From Hyphochytrium catenoides (Eukaryota > Protista > Hyphochytriomycota), in the NCBI GenBank assembly GCA_900088475.1, contig FLMG01002493.1, positions 1-64,000 of the forward strand: a stretch of DNA of 64,000 bases. The letters run 5' to 3'. Positions 48,801 to 62,268 of this stretch are shown here, piece after piece (the stretch's first letter is position 1; each line of letters starts with the position of its first letter). The notes beneath the pieces are model-generated. The model was not told the DNA's origin, searched no databases, and was given only the letters and a program-made list of their open reading frames with translations. A program made the translations under genes and the position numbers.

Positions 48801-51800
48801 GCAATCTGTTCATCGCGTCCACCTCGACGTCATACTCGGATCTCTTCTTCTTCTTCCCACCTCTTCCCCATCCAATCTCTTCTCGGGAAAGATGCGAGAT
48901 ATCAAGGTAGAGATTGAACACCCAGTTGGAGAAATCCTTTTGAATGGCTAACTCTATATCCTATGAAGACCGTAAGAATGGACAGAGAAGGCAGAGCAGG
49001 GTAGCATGTAGCGAATGGGCCATCAGCAAGATGTTAATCCCTTGGGTATCGGTAAAAACGGCCATACGAGAGCTAGAGGCCGGTTCTTTTTGAAGATTGG
49101 AGTTAGACCAGTGGCTAGGCAAAACGAACGAGACGTTGCAGCATGGAGGCGAGGAAAGTTGAGGAGATGGAAGGAAGGCCATAAAGACTCAACGTTCAGC
49201 GAAAGTAGACAGCAACAAGCGAAACCTGACAAGCGCAAAAGGCCCAAGTTGGGAAGAGCTCCCGGACTCCTTACCAGGTACTTTTCAAAAGAGAAGTCGA
49301 CTTCGCCCTTCAGAAAGGGGATGCGAAAGTGTCCTCTCAAGAGCTTTAGCGACGAGTTTACTGCGGGTAACGTTCCCCAAGCCAAAACTTTATCTACAGG
49401 AGCCCCTGTCCCTGCAAGCTGGAATAGCTCGAAGAGAAGGACATGGCCTGAATAACATGTAAAGAGGAGAGAAGGGTCATCAGCACTGAGCTTAGAGCAA
49501 CAGATCAGGAAGGAGGGAAGTATCATATATTGGGAGATCGGATGAGGCTACGTGCAAATGATCATAACCCCTATCAGCCATCAAGAACTCATTCTCACGA
49601 TGGCAGGGTTAGAGACCCGAGGAGGGACGAAAGGTCATTCAGAGCCAAGCAGAGGAGCAGGGGTAAGCTCTTCGAAAAGTGGAAAATTGTCCGACTTATA
49701 CATCGCGAAAACATCGCTTAGTACGTGGGCACGGACCTGGCCTCAAGTCCCGCTCTCCAGGGCAGAGGAGGAAGATGGACTGGTCTACTCGGACTTCTGT
49801 GTCGTAGAATCTGCCCTTGATATTGAAAGGCCGAGTACTGGAAGGCCGATCACTAGAGAGAGACAATGCGATAATGGGAAATTGAGAATAGATAAGGGAG
49901 GGAATATGAGTTCGGACAGCCCATATTTGATGTTTTAGGTACGCTAGTTCGTGTCAGCTATGCTCTCCTCACTTACGGTCCCAAATTGTGCGTTCCTAGA
50001 ACAGTCCATCCGAGCGGATACCCACCAAGTCGATCTAACAACGTCACCAGGATGACGTACCGCCCAGCAGGTAGTTTATCTACATAGAAGAGACAGACAC
50101 AAAACAAATGAAACTCAAAAGGTGGTTGAACTACGACAGTGGGTCAACGATGTTTTAGGATCGATTGCTGTGAAAGCACAGGGAAGAGGTGGCATTTGCT
50201 TTGTTTGCAGGTCATTCCTTACCCTTGACACCCATCAGAGAGCGAACCTTAACTTCTAATGGCTGTGGTACGTTGGCCCAATGCACACGGAACCTCCTCC
50301 TTCCCGCTGGAGCAACAGTCTGAGAGCCCACGACCTCATTGATGATCGCCTGAATATGAGAGGGACGAATAAAAGTTATCATGTATCAGCGGGAGAGGAG
50401 ACGCGCCACCGAAGGAGAGCACGTGGAACAAAGTATCAGACAGGGACCCGCGGGTCTGTCAAGGGATGGCTAAGAATAGTTGCAATAAATAGAGTACTAA
50501 GTGGACTGCAAGAACAAGCCTAGAAGAGGTAAGATGGGGGGCTCGGCCACGAGAATGGGAGGTAAAGTGCTAGCTTCAAGGTACCCATAATAGAAAAGTT
50601 TACGTGAGCCTGAGCTAGTCATTGGAAGACGGTATAAGAGGTCTATTTTGTTTCGCTTGAGCACCTTTTCCTTCTTCATAGCCTCCCGAAGTTTCTCCTC
50701 CGCTTGCGTGAACTGCATCTGGATTTGGCGCTGTTTCTTCATCAGCGAAGCCGCGTCTTCCATCTGCGAGAAATGGGACTCAGGATATCATGTGGCAACT
50801 AGAGAGCTGCCTTATGCGAGGTGGGAAAGCTAAGTCCTAGTATGATGCTAATAAAAGAAGCGGCTGTGCTTATCAAGCAGCTATACTTATAAGGTGAAGC
50901 GATTGAAAGGTTAAGATGATATGACATGCGAAACCTTTTTCTGATCGGCTCTCCTTTGGGCTGCCTCCTGCTGAAGAAGCACACGTTGTCTTGCCTGCTC
51001 CTCCAATGTAAGCAGCTGTTCTTCTTTCCTCCTATATCGCTCGGCCTCAGCCTATCGAGCAGAAAGAAATACGACGGATACCGTTAAAGGCGGGATCCAA
51101 GACGTATAATGGAAGAAGGGGCCTCCGGGCTCAGGCAACAAAGGTGATTGAAGTGGTGTCAACGAGCCTTAAAACCGGCATTTTAAGGCCATTGACAAGA
51201 GCAAAGAAACACAGAGTGCCTCACCGCTTACCAGCACTTGCTTCATCCTCTCCATCTCGATAGCTTCTTCTTCCCTTTGGATGTCCTCAACCGGCACACT
51301 GCTGACCAGTAACTCGGAGTTGGGTACAACCGCATCGAAGGTGCTCAAATACTCTGGAATAGCATCGCCTTCAAGAGAGCTCTGCCATCGAAAAATGCAA
51401 GGAAAAGAATGATGGGAGTTACGATGGCGAGAGAGGATGTTATCTACGTCTACATGCTGGTCTACTTCTGCAAATGACTCGACCCCACCTTGAGTGATGA
51501 AATGAAGCCTTTGCGTTCTTCTTGCTCTCGGGGCTTAGGAATGTCAGGAGATTTTAGGTAGGTGAGATCCTCATCGTCTTGACCCTCCGCATCTAACAAT
51601 ACGCGCAAGAGTTAGATACAGAGCCAGGTTGAGGTTACACAGAGTGATGAAAAGAAGAAAGCCTATCTACAGATAGACTCGTGTCCACCAGTACACAGAG
51701 AGCGATACTTCGCGGCCGTACTTGAAAGAGAGAAGAGATAGGTCTAGTTGCGGAACCTAGGCAGAATGATCAAAGTTTGAACGAGCCTCACCCAAGGATG

Positions 51801-54800
51801 TAATGACAATAGCCTCCGGTTTAAGGACCTCTAGCCTTGCGTTGATACTTCTCGTCTTATCCAAGAATCGCTCAGGGCTGAGGAAGCGTTCTCTCTTTGG
51901 GCCTGGTGACGACTTTGCGTCCGCGCCACTCTTTGCTATTGCGGCCACATGGTCCTCCTTCTGCTCTCCTACATCCGGTGTAGGAGCTGCTAAAGGACCC
52001 GTTGGTCTGCCGGAATCTTTAGATGGTCCGGACAGAATTCTGGCCTCTACCTCGCCCCGGATTGGTAGCTTCTTCTTCCTCTTCTTTTTGGGATCTTTTG
52101 GTCCTTTCCCTTCTGAATCTCTTTCCTCCGCTATTTCACCTAGGTCCTCATGGACCTTTTCACTGACGTTCACGCTGTTCTCTTCTTTCGTTTTCTCAAC
52201 TCCCTCGTCTGCTTCCCTCCGGTTGTTAACAAGCTGTCCATCGACCAGTGATGAATTCCCTCGAGGTACGGCGAGGGACATGCCTTCTTGTTGTTCTTCT
52301 CGATTTCCTGCTTGTTTGTCCCGATACACTTTGTCTTGATCGTTCTCTTCTTTGGGCGCAGCGCCGGCGTCCTCCCCTTCCTTCTTTTCTCCCTTAACCG
52401 CCTCAGCTCCTGCACCAATGTTTACATCCTTCTGCGGAGCTGTCGACTGAAGCCCCTGGCCATTTTCTGCGGAGTGGGGTCCAGAAAAAAAATTTGGCTT
52501 TAAGCCGTGTGGCTCCTTCCCCTCAGTCCCGCCCACAATCTTCTGTTCAAGCAACACGGCTTCTTTTTCTTCAGAGGTTTTTGCCTCGCTCAATGGTTCA
52601 GTTCCTACTTCTGTTGGCTTCCCTTCCGTTCGACTAGCTGCACTCTCCTGACTTTCTTGGTTCCCCATCACGGACGCTTGTCCTCCTCCTCGATCGCTTC
52701 TTCCTCCTAGACTCCTGCCCGCCACCTTTTCCTCTGGGTAGGTACCGTCGGTTCGGCTTACTCTTTCAAGTTTGTCTTCCTCCTTGCTGTCATTCTGGTA
52801 CTGCTCCTCAGGCGCTGATTTCTCTTGCTCGACTTGGTATTTATCGCCGGTCTTTTCATCTTTATCACTGATGGCACTTGCTGCATGCAATTCCTGTAGC
52901 TCTCTAGTTAAACCCGGTCCTGAATGAGCCACCGGTAGGCGCGATGATTCTGCCAAACTTCTCTGATCCTCAGTCATATTTATTCTGCCTCCTGGTTGTA
53001 CAGAGCCATTCCTAGGAGAATACTCCGCTGCCTTAGCCGCAACTAGCTCTACAGGTTTCAGGCCCTGTGTCGATTGCCCTAGGGAGGCCATTGCGAATAA
53101 TGAGTGGGGGAGATGGTGAGAGCGCTAGATACTGTCGAAGGGACTAGCAAAGACAGGGTCAACTCCAACATTTACATCCTCTACCTTGTTTTTCTTCAGT
53201 CCGATCTGTCTGAGGTACATACGAGACCGTCGACGTGTTACTGGGCTGGGTTGCGCTTGACTCTTTTCCTTCCTCGCTTCGTTCTGATAAAAAGCTCAGC
53301 TTTAGATGGACAAGCAGGGATGTAAACGCTGTCGAAGACGGGCAGACCGGCAAATTCAGAACGGAGACATCAAAGGTACAGGGTACTTACGCTTGCCAGA
53401 TCCGTCCTGATGTATGGAGTCGTTAGAAGCGTTTGTCATCACCTTGCTTGGTCCTTCTTTGCTGGCTAAGTCAGTCTCCTTACGCTTCTCACTTGTGCTC
53501 CCAGCTGGAAGAAGGTTTGTAAGTAATCTAAGGAGACTAAGGAGAGACGGCGCTGGAAACAGCGAGAATCAAACAGGAACAGGTGTAGAGCCCTTTGTCA
53601 GAGTAACAATTGAAACTCAAATGGACGGCACATAGGAGGGCTCATACAATGGTAAGGGAATGAACGATGCATACAGAGAGACCTTGGCTGTCAGCGTGAG
53701 CTGAAGGACAACCGCTAGACACTTACAACTCTCAGGTCTCCGCGCTTTGGGGCTCTTAGCCGTGCCACTAGCCTCACCGTCCCCACCTCTCCCGTCACGC
53801 TCCGCGTCTTGTCCTTCTCTTAACCTGTCCAACTGTCGTTGAATCTCCTCCATTCTTTCTGTCAGCTGCCTCTGTTGTAAGTACAAGGGCTTGATAGAGA
53901 CTTTCTCCTCTTTAGAGGGCTCCCTGCCATTTGCAGTGTTGAAGTCCTAAATGTACAAAGTGACGTGAGAAAACAGGAGGTGGCCATGAAAAGATCAGAG
54001 GGGAGCCACGATCAAGGGGAAAACAACGATAAAAGTGAGACAAAGTGTATGTCAAGGGCAATAAGGACGGAATTACATTGGTAAGGCCATGTCATGTTAC
54101 AGCAGAGCAAAAGCACTGATTAACCATGGGCAGGTAATACGTAATGGTCGCAAACCTACCGCTATCCACGTCTTTATGGCTGCTCGCACAACCTGTCTCT
54201 CTTTCTTGAGTTGTTGAAGAAGTTCTTCTAGCCCTTTAACGTCATACCTAGACGCCAGTAAGCCTCTTGCTTAATAATGTAACACCGCATTCTCGAGCTT
54301 GCCCTAGCTACCGGCCATGGCTCTTCCATAAGAAACTTTTATGTCCTTTAGTGTCAAATGCTTTTTGATACGTCTGTCTAGCCGCTCATGGTGGTTTCTT
54401 CTCATATATCTATATGATCAAGCTTACATTTCTCTTAGTGGAGCCTTAAGGGTGTCGGTTGGGGTTCCGTCGGGTGCCTTTGGCCCAGATGCGATGCCGG
54501 TCCTTGAGACCTCTGCGGAGAAATACAAGTGGGTCCCACGACCATAATGTGAGAAACAAGCAAAATGAGGAGCCACAAAATGTTAACCTTCAAAATCTGG
54601 AACGCCGAAGGTCGCTCGCTCATCGGACGCAAGGGTTCCTTTTATAGGGCTGACTTCCGGACGTGTTTCTCTCACACTCTCTGATGCAGTGTCTCCTCCA
54701 GCAGCCACCTTCTGTTCCTAGGTGAGGGAATTAAAGAGATTTCTGTAAACCAAGGCACTAGATGACGACCCCCAATCTATCAACCCTTTCCTTTCTTGGA

Positions 54801-56035
54801 GCCCTATCTGGAGTTATGTGGACCATGGGATGATGTCATTGTCGCTCTTCGTTCGTTGCTTCTCAGTCTTTCACTTCTCTATATACTACTTCTTACTCGT
54901 TCTAGCTCGCCAGGGTTGCTATGTCTGTTTGTCATCCCGTAGACTGGTCTTACCTCAGAACTTGAAGTGGTTATTTTCGACGTCAAGGGCGATAGGAGGA
55001 CTTTTGACGCTTGCGCTGAAGGTAATCTCGACCCCAACGCCTGCGAGATGGGAACAAGCGACTCGGCTCCTGCGGGTTCAGGTGGCATCGCAGCCCGCAG
55101 ACTTTGTGCTGGAACCCCAGAAGTGGCTTGCAACTGGGCTTGGGAGGTAGCTGTCCCTGTCCTATCCTCACTGAACTGGAGATTGTTTGCCCGCTGCTGT
55201 TGTGTCTCATCTTTGTCGGCCATGGCAGATGACGGTGTAGGAAGCTCCTTATCTCTTGGGGAGGATATAGGCGGGGTAGAGTCTTCATCCTGTACGACAC
55301 TGGGACCCTTTACCATTTTCTTAGGCTTTGCCATGGGCGGCCGGACATTTGATGGCTGCGAAAGAGACATGCGTGGCTCGGTCTGCTTCTCTGGTGATGC
55401 AAGACTTCCATCTTCTCCGGCTCCATCGCCTGGCCCCTGTGTCTCAGACGCTCTGGGCTGAGACGATCCCGACAGGGATTGTTGAAGAGCTTCAACCTGA
55501 CTGTTGAGCTCTCGTTGCTTGGTGTAGAGTTCCTTAATAGCCTTCTTGTCATTCTTATCTGGCTCGCGACCTTCTCGGACCGTAAACTCCTAAATCAGGC
55601 AAGATAGTGATAATGTGAGAGTCATTGGTCTGGAGGAGACAGAGATACTGCGCAAAGAGAACCCACACACAGTCCATCAACTATATCAGTGTAGAAAGAA
55701 GGGAGTTGGGACTTAAGAGACGACGTCTTGAAGGAGCAATGCAGCGCTCTCAAACATCCAGAAGAAGAATGTCAAGAATATTAGGTAGAACAGTGACTCA
55801 TACCGCTATCCAATCTTTGATCTCGGCACGAATGCGGTTCCTCTCTCTCTTGATCTCGTCAATCTTTGCTTTGACGGCGAATGGACTGATAGAGCACGAG
55901 CAGGACCCACAAGGAAGAGAGGAAGATTTGAGAATCATGAGCATACAGGCGTGTTCTTCTTACTCTGGAGGAGGTGACCTGCGTGCTCTCAGATTACCTT
56001 TCATCAGGAGTTCCGATTGTCCCTTTCTCTGCCAT
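45858..56035 (-). CDS. Large multi-exon OFCC1 (orofacial cleft 1 candidate gene 1)-like membrane protein with long N-terminal extension
   Basis: C-terminal half: PQPLEVKVRSLMGVK, LPAGRYVILVTLLDRLGG, LLFELFQL...VLAWGTLP, GHFRIPFLKGEVD, FNLYLDISHL, TM block FWSMLFLLLLSLWVRIYVHYLGQW, FKLYQRFLQDEGSGIPG, LHMNGRLKDRYRRL, PNDLEVS and LYRQFLRTADGTIVE. N-terminal exons start at ATG 56035 (MAEKGTIGTPDE|SPFAVKAKID). Continuity as a single gene is inferred. Confidence 0.72.
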
Positions 56036-58131
56036 CGTTGATGCAATGGATGCCTCTTAGCATAGGATAGCTCCTGAATGAAGCAAAGGTTCAGTAGGAA
56101 GGTTCATTGCCTCGTTTCATAAGTAGCTCGTAAGCCAGCCGCTCGATCATTCAGCTGGCACCAGCCCGCTTCTCATCATTCGCGCCCTTCTCACGGAGCA
56201 TCTCCTCATCCGCTCGCCCTGTATCCTCCCTCTAGTCAATCATCTCTGCCTCCGGATAGACTTCCAACGTGTGAGCTCTCTTCCTTCTGATGCCTTCTAG
56301 GAACTCTGGTCCGCTCCTCACCCTCTCAACCGCCATCCATCATCGATCATCCGCCTGGCTGTCCCTGCGACAAGCCGCCTCCTTCTGCTACAGGTAGTCC
56401 CGCTAAGAAGCCGATCTGACGGTTCGCTAGTTCCTTTGAAAGGTTTCCGAAACCTTGAAGCTGTCTATTATTACTTTTGAAACCTTGATTCCTTCCATAA
56501 CTGAAACTTTATTAGTTTCCATCTGTTACCTTCCTCTGTCTTCTGACGCCGCTTCTGCGCTCCCATCTTCTTGGTGTCTCCAATGGCAGCAACAACAGCA
56601 GCATTCTGAAGGTTGCTTCTTATTACCGGCCATAGAGATTGTATGGAGTCTGTTGCTGCATGGAGCTAACAAGAGCAATGATCTCCCAGTCGTCTGAGAT
56701 CTCTGTCCTCGCCTTAGCAACCTGTTCATGTCACCTAGCTGTTCCAGCCTATAATATGGCTCGAGATAGGTTCTTGTTAAGGTCAAGGGGGCGTCAGAGT
56801 GGTACGGACGGCATCATCAAGGTCAAAGTGGGCGCCTAGAGAGGTACTGACGGTGATCAGGAGAAGGATGGGCAGAGCACTTTTCAGCTGACGTCGTGTC
56901 GCACTGATTACGGCCCATGCCTGCCGCTAAGTGATAGTGGTGACGCTTCTTGGTATCACGCTACCAGAACAATGGTCGGTCGGCAAAGGATGCCGTACAT
57001 GGGCACCGATTGCTCCTCTTCATTGGTCTCTGGATTTACTTGACATACTAGCGAGAGGGCGAAGACTTGTGGGATCAAGATTGAGTAGCCCACTCTGGAC
57101 CAACAACAATTATGCTCAAGATACCGCGAAGAAGTCATTCTATACCAGCGAGCACCCCATCAGTATCTTAACTTATCTAGGGCCCATCAAAAATCAGTAC
57201 ATGATGGCATACAGCAGCAGGCGTGACCTCTTTTGAAGCCTCCTTGCATTACTGAGGGCAGCGCGTCATTTTGTGGCAAAAGGGTCGTCATCTTTGTAGC
57301 TAAGTAGTATTTTTAACGTCGTCGTCCGTATACCTCTTGCCATGGGTTCTTGCTGAGGTCAACTGTGTGGCATTCCCTTGTATCAATAAGTTGTCCAGCT
57401 GCTAATAAGGTGACCGATCTGCGTCCTCTGGCACCTACTTCTTACTTAACGTTAGGACCCATATCTTCTCCTCCTCTCCAAGAACCTTTTCTCCTTGCAG
57501 CTTCGACTTCAGTGATCTATCCTCAGACTACGCTTCCACTAGTTGTTTTCCGCGGGCAATGCAGCGTATAAAATCCAGTGAACTTATTATTAGAGGCCTT
57601 TGACGCTGCCCTTCCTTCTCGGTCCGATGCTCTTACTTCCGGTTTCCTTCCTTGGTCCAAAGCGCTCCCAGCAAAGGCTGGAATCAGCGCCATTCTGGTG
57701 GGACGTCTTCCCTTCTGCCAGGGACAGTCAGATATTTTTCTGGGTGCGCAGGCGTCTCTTGGGCCCCAGACTCAGCCAGCCTCATACTAAGAATCCTCTC
57801 GATGATGCATCTTCAGAGCTCCAGAGATGCTTCTGACAACGTCACAGAGTCTCAAGGACAGATGGTGTTGCAACAATCTAGGCCTCTATTTTAGGTACGA
57901 TGTCCGTAAATCTGGGCCACTAAAGGAGTAATGTGTATGAGTACGTTGTATGGGGTTCGTATCAGCAAGCGATGGGTAGGGCGAGAATCCTTTTTTCAGT
58001 TTCTTCTTTCTGCTGGAGGTCTGAAACCCCATAGTTATAACAGGCCCCCTTTAAATAAACGCGAAATCACCTTCCAAAAGTAGTTGTAAGCCTCCGAAAC
58101 TATCAGAGTTCGCCATAACTTTAAAAACGGG

Positions 58132-58135
<4 letters not shown>

Positions 58136-58188
<53 letters not shown>

Positions 58189-58229
58189 GTCTCTCTCTCT
58201 CTGTCTCTCTCTCTCTTTCTCTTTCTCTT

Positions 58230-58265
<36 letters not shown>

Positions 58266-58385
58266 TTTCTCCTTCTCTCTCTCTTTCTCTCTCTCTTTCC
58301 CTCTCTCTTTCTCTCTCTCTTTCTCCCTCTCCCTCTCTCTGTCTTGTTCTCCCTTTCTCCCTCTCATTCTCTCTTTCTTTCTCCT
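58136..58385. repeat. (CT)n microsatellite / polypyrimidine tract
   Basis: Long CT run; source of the ERERE ORF 58035-58367. Confidence 0.95.
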
Positions 58386-58824
58386 TGCACTATGCTCTTT
58401 CTCACCTAATCCTCCACTCTCCCCTTTCCCTGATGTCTCCTTGCTTCCTGCCTCGCGCCTTCCTCGCTTCTGATTCGTTTGTTCGTCGCCTGAGGTGACC
58501 TGACAGACAAGAAGCAGGTAAAGGCTTTAGAAGAGCGGCGAGGAAGAACAGTCATCAAGTTGCTGATGCGCGCAAGAGGAGCGCCAAAGGAAGCGGGGGC
58601 GCGCTTCTGAGAGTGGTAGCTGCTTATGGCCCTCGTACTGCGCCGGTTGTCTGTACTTCAACCAGTGATACTCAGATCCCTCGCAGGTCTTCCTCGGCCT
58701 ATTGTTGGCACCGTCACGACCAAGTATGGAATGGCTTTCCTGCCTCTCCGTTTCTCAATGACCTACTCTCGTCCTCTGCTGAGCTCTCTCTGACCGTCGT
58801 GCATGGTGTCTCTCTCTGTCCGTT

Positions 58825-59917
58825 ATGAACCCTTATCGAGGGCTTTACGACGCCGACGGACGAAGGTCTTAGTTCGGCAAACTCTTCTCATGCCGTGGCT
58901 CATAAAAGCGTTATGCTGCTTCTTGGTCGTAGGAGGATGAAGGTGTACACCAAAACTGGGGATAAAGGCACATCCCAACTCTATTCCGGAGAGAGGAGGA
59001 GGAAAGATGACAAGGTAAGGCTCCTTCTCACGCAGGCAGCCACGGTGCTACATTGGAACAGCTCTAGGACTTTTGAAACGTTGAGCCTATGAGACACAAG
59101 CTTGATGTCCACTAGCGTTGATTGCCAGCTGATTATCTATACTATTAAGGTTTTCAAAGCGCTAGGCGACACAGACGAGCTCAACGCCGCTATGGGCGTC
59201 GCTCGCGAGCATCTGACCTTCCAGGAGGGGAAGCTAGGAGAGAGACTTGAGATCATTCAATCACTTCTCTTTGACGTCGGGTAAGGCTCCACGATAAGAA
59301 GCGGTGACTTTAACAGAAAAGCAGTAAAGATGCAGGCTAAGGGACAGCAATTTATGCCTTGCGTGGCACAGGTCATGCATTGCTACCCCTCATAGCTCCG
59401 CATCTGAGCGGAAGCTGAACCGCGTGGCTTTCCACCCGGCAAATGTGACTGATCTTGAGCAGTGGATTGACGAAATGGAGACAGAACTCCCGAGGCTTGT
59501 GAACTTTATCCTTCCGGTACCTATGTAACTCTCGTTTACACGGCAGTCTCCTCTGTATCCTTACCAGAGCTTGCTCATAGTCGGGTGGACTCTGCAGTGC
59601 TCACCTTCACTTGGCGCGCACAATTTGTCGGAGGGCAGAGAGACGAGTAATAGGATTGATAGAGGACAATGAGGTAGATCGAGTTGTGGGGATGTATCTG
59701 AACAGGTAAGTCATGGGTGCAGAGGAAGCATGTCCGCGATATGCTCCTTCTGATTCCTTTTATCCTCTCCTACAGGCTTAGCGACTTCCTCTTTGTCGCT
59801 GCTCGCTATGCAGCGATGAAATCTGGGAACACAGAAAAGATATGGAGAAAGACAGCGAGGAAAGAGGAAGGGTGCGTAGACAGTAAGGACGAGAATACAA
59901 AGAATGACAAAGAATGA
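58825..59917 (+). CDS. MMAB: ATP:cob(I)alamin adenosyltransferase, PduO/MMAB type (multi-exon)
   Basis: Motifs MKVYTKTGDKGTSQL, FKALGDTDELNAAMG, IQSLLFDVG, LEQWIDEM..ELPRLVNFILPSGG, LHLARTICRRAER and YLNRLSDFLFVAARYA. The start is uncertain (58825, 58912 or 58937). Confidence 0.93.
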
Positions 59918-60088
59918 AGGGTGCGGTGAAAGGACCTAGTCCTCCTTTAAAGAAGAATAAGAACTGATGATGTTTGGCTGGACCAATTTTCGTAGTTACA
60001 TTGAGTGTGCTAACAAACCACATCACGTCTTGACCCTAAGTTAAAATGGCCTTGGTCACTGCAAATGTATAGAGTGCACGTGAAAGAG

Positions 60089-62268
60089 TTAATAGTCCGT
60101 CTGAGAGGTAGAGCACATAGAGGGGATGGGTAGGGCGGTAGATACTAGTACGACAAGAGCTGGCAGCTTGAACCAGTGGGCCAAAGAGCTAGAGCTCGCC
60201 GATCACAACGCATGGGGCGTGCTGCAGGTTACCTAATGGCTCCAAGTTCGGGGCCTGAGTGCCGTATAGCCGCTTGATAACTTCACTAGCATGATTGATG
60301 AGGCGGGAGTTCAACCCATCCTCGTCATCGGTGGCCCTTTTGTCCTTCATTCTCTCTTCCTCGATCGCTCGTCCAGTCTGAAGTTTAACAAGGGTGAAGT
60401 TGCAACCAGTCGGAAAAGGGTTAAGTGGTATATTCTGTGGCAATGTTTGTGGGCGAGAGCAGCGAGTCAGAGACAGGCACTGACCATTAGCAAGCCAAAA
60501 GCTGCTCTCAAGCTTTCTGGGTTGTTGGACAGCGCTGCGGCAAAGTGTTTTCTTGCATTTTTCAAGTGCTCAAGGCTGCCAAGACTATAGTACACCTGAG
60601 GGTTGCCGTGTTAGACCAAGAAGTAGGATCCATGTCCTGCCACCACGGGCACAAAGGACAGACTTGGTGTTTGGCCCTATCAGAAGGACTTCTCAGACCC
60701 TCACCTCTCCAAGCTCAATATGCGTATAAGGGTCGAGGGGATTTGCCATGACAAGCTCCTCCAAACAGAAAGCGGCAGAGCGATAATTTCCCATGGAAAT
60801 ATGGATTGCAGACAGCTCCTGCCACTGCAACGACGACTTGTTAGCGGCGTTCCCAACCACATGTAAATCGGGCAGGTTCAGTGGAAGGGTACGCAGACGA
60901 CAGAAAGGACCTATGGTGAGCGCTAGGGTGGAAGTCTAGAAGAGGGGACGACATCAAGGCCGGAGATCTAGGCCACAAGCGCACTACTGTTGCTCGACTC
61001 ACCAATTGCGTATCGTTTGGAAACTGCTGCAGCGTCAGGTTGAGTAGTTTGATTGCGTCCAACTGCTTTCCCTGCGCTTCCAGTAGTGACACTTGGCGCT
61101 TCCTTACGAGCTGAGGCGTAGCGGAAATGGAAAGGAAGTGACATGGGCACAGACGATGAGGACCAATTCAGGACAGAGAGTTCGTCAGAAAATGACACTT
61201 CTCGCTTACCACGTTGAGCGGGTGTTCTCGCAGTATATCAGAGTAAATCTTCTCTGCTTCTGTGTACTTGCCTAAGAATTCCTGACTTTATGGTTAGCCC
61301 ACTGAGATTCTTACACATCCGTCGAAGAGTGGCCCTTGTGATGGGGTATGGCTTTTAGCTTATGATACTCTAACGTGACAAGCCCCGTCGTACTATTCTC
61401 TCTTCCCTCTTTCATTTCCGGCCTCAAAGCTCCCAGCACTGCAAGGCCCCTCCACACCAGCGAATGCCTAATCTCACTCTTCACTTTGTCCACCCTAATG
61501 GTTCAGCCTTGCACCTCGCTAGCCATACCCGAGCTGTTTTACCTGCTTCATTCCGGACAACCTTGCTACGCGTATGCTTTTTGGAAACTTGGTAGTAAGC
61601 GCCTTCTCGGGTTAAGAATCATGAGCTTCTCCTTGACGATCAAGGACCATGTAAAAGAAACATTACCTGTAGACTTCGCTGTAATTAAGGAGAGATGGTC
61701 AGGCTTTCAGTGAGATAGGCGTAGCTCAAGACAGTCGGGGACAGCACTGATAAGTATAGAAGTGGAGGAAGGGACTTGAGCGGACAATTTCAAGAAGGGG
61801 AGCAGGATAGATTACTACGGACTAAAACAGAAGGATCCAAAGGACAGAACGAGACACAGACAGAGAGTATATAGGAGAGGTCGCGCAGCAACGCTTACGT
61901 CTGCCAGCTTGAGATCGCCGACGTCGAGGGCGGCAATGAAAACCTGTTCGTGAATATTCCATACTACATACGAAAGGATTAGCACTGCAACGATGTGTCG
62001 CGACCCAGAAACTCAGCACAACGCACCATCGTCGCCCAGGCGCCTTTGATAGTTGTCCAATAAGACTTTTCCATACTTCGCCACCAGATCAGAGCGCCTA
62101 ACCTGGAAGACAAGAGGTCATGATTCTGCGCTGCCGCTAAGTGTTAAGCTTTGACGACACCTTTTCTTTCCGAACATAAGCTAGAAGCTCCCATAGAGGG
62201 GTGAAAGCGATCTTGCCCCCAACTTCTACAGCAGCAACCAGCTCCTCGAGGCTCGTCGTGTTGGCCAT
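60089..62268 (-). CDS. EMC2: ER membrane protein complex subunit 2 (TPR protein, multi-exon)
   Basis: Motifs VRRSDLVAKYG, IHEQVFIAALD, KFPKSIRVARL, LLRENPLN..ARKRQVSLLEAQGK, FPNDTQLWQEL, YRSAAFCLEELV, H..IELGEV and ARKHFAAALSNNPESLRAAFGL. The last exon (TAA 60089 vs TAG 60189) is uncertain. Confidence 0.85.

Noticed and set aside
47965-55461. Long plus-strand ORFs (47965-48489, 49015-49455, 51803-52339, 54967-55461)
   Set aside because: They are antisense shadows of minus-strand exons of the OFCC1-like gene.
56100-57950. Cys-run ORF 56526-56786 and other short ORFs
   Set aside because: The CCCCC run comes from a (TGC/TGT)n triplet tract, and there is no supportable gene model.
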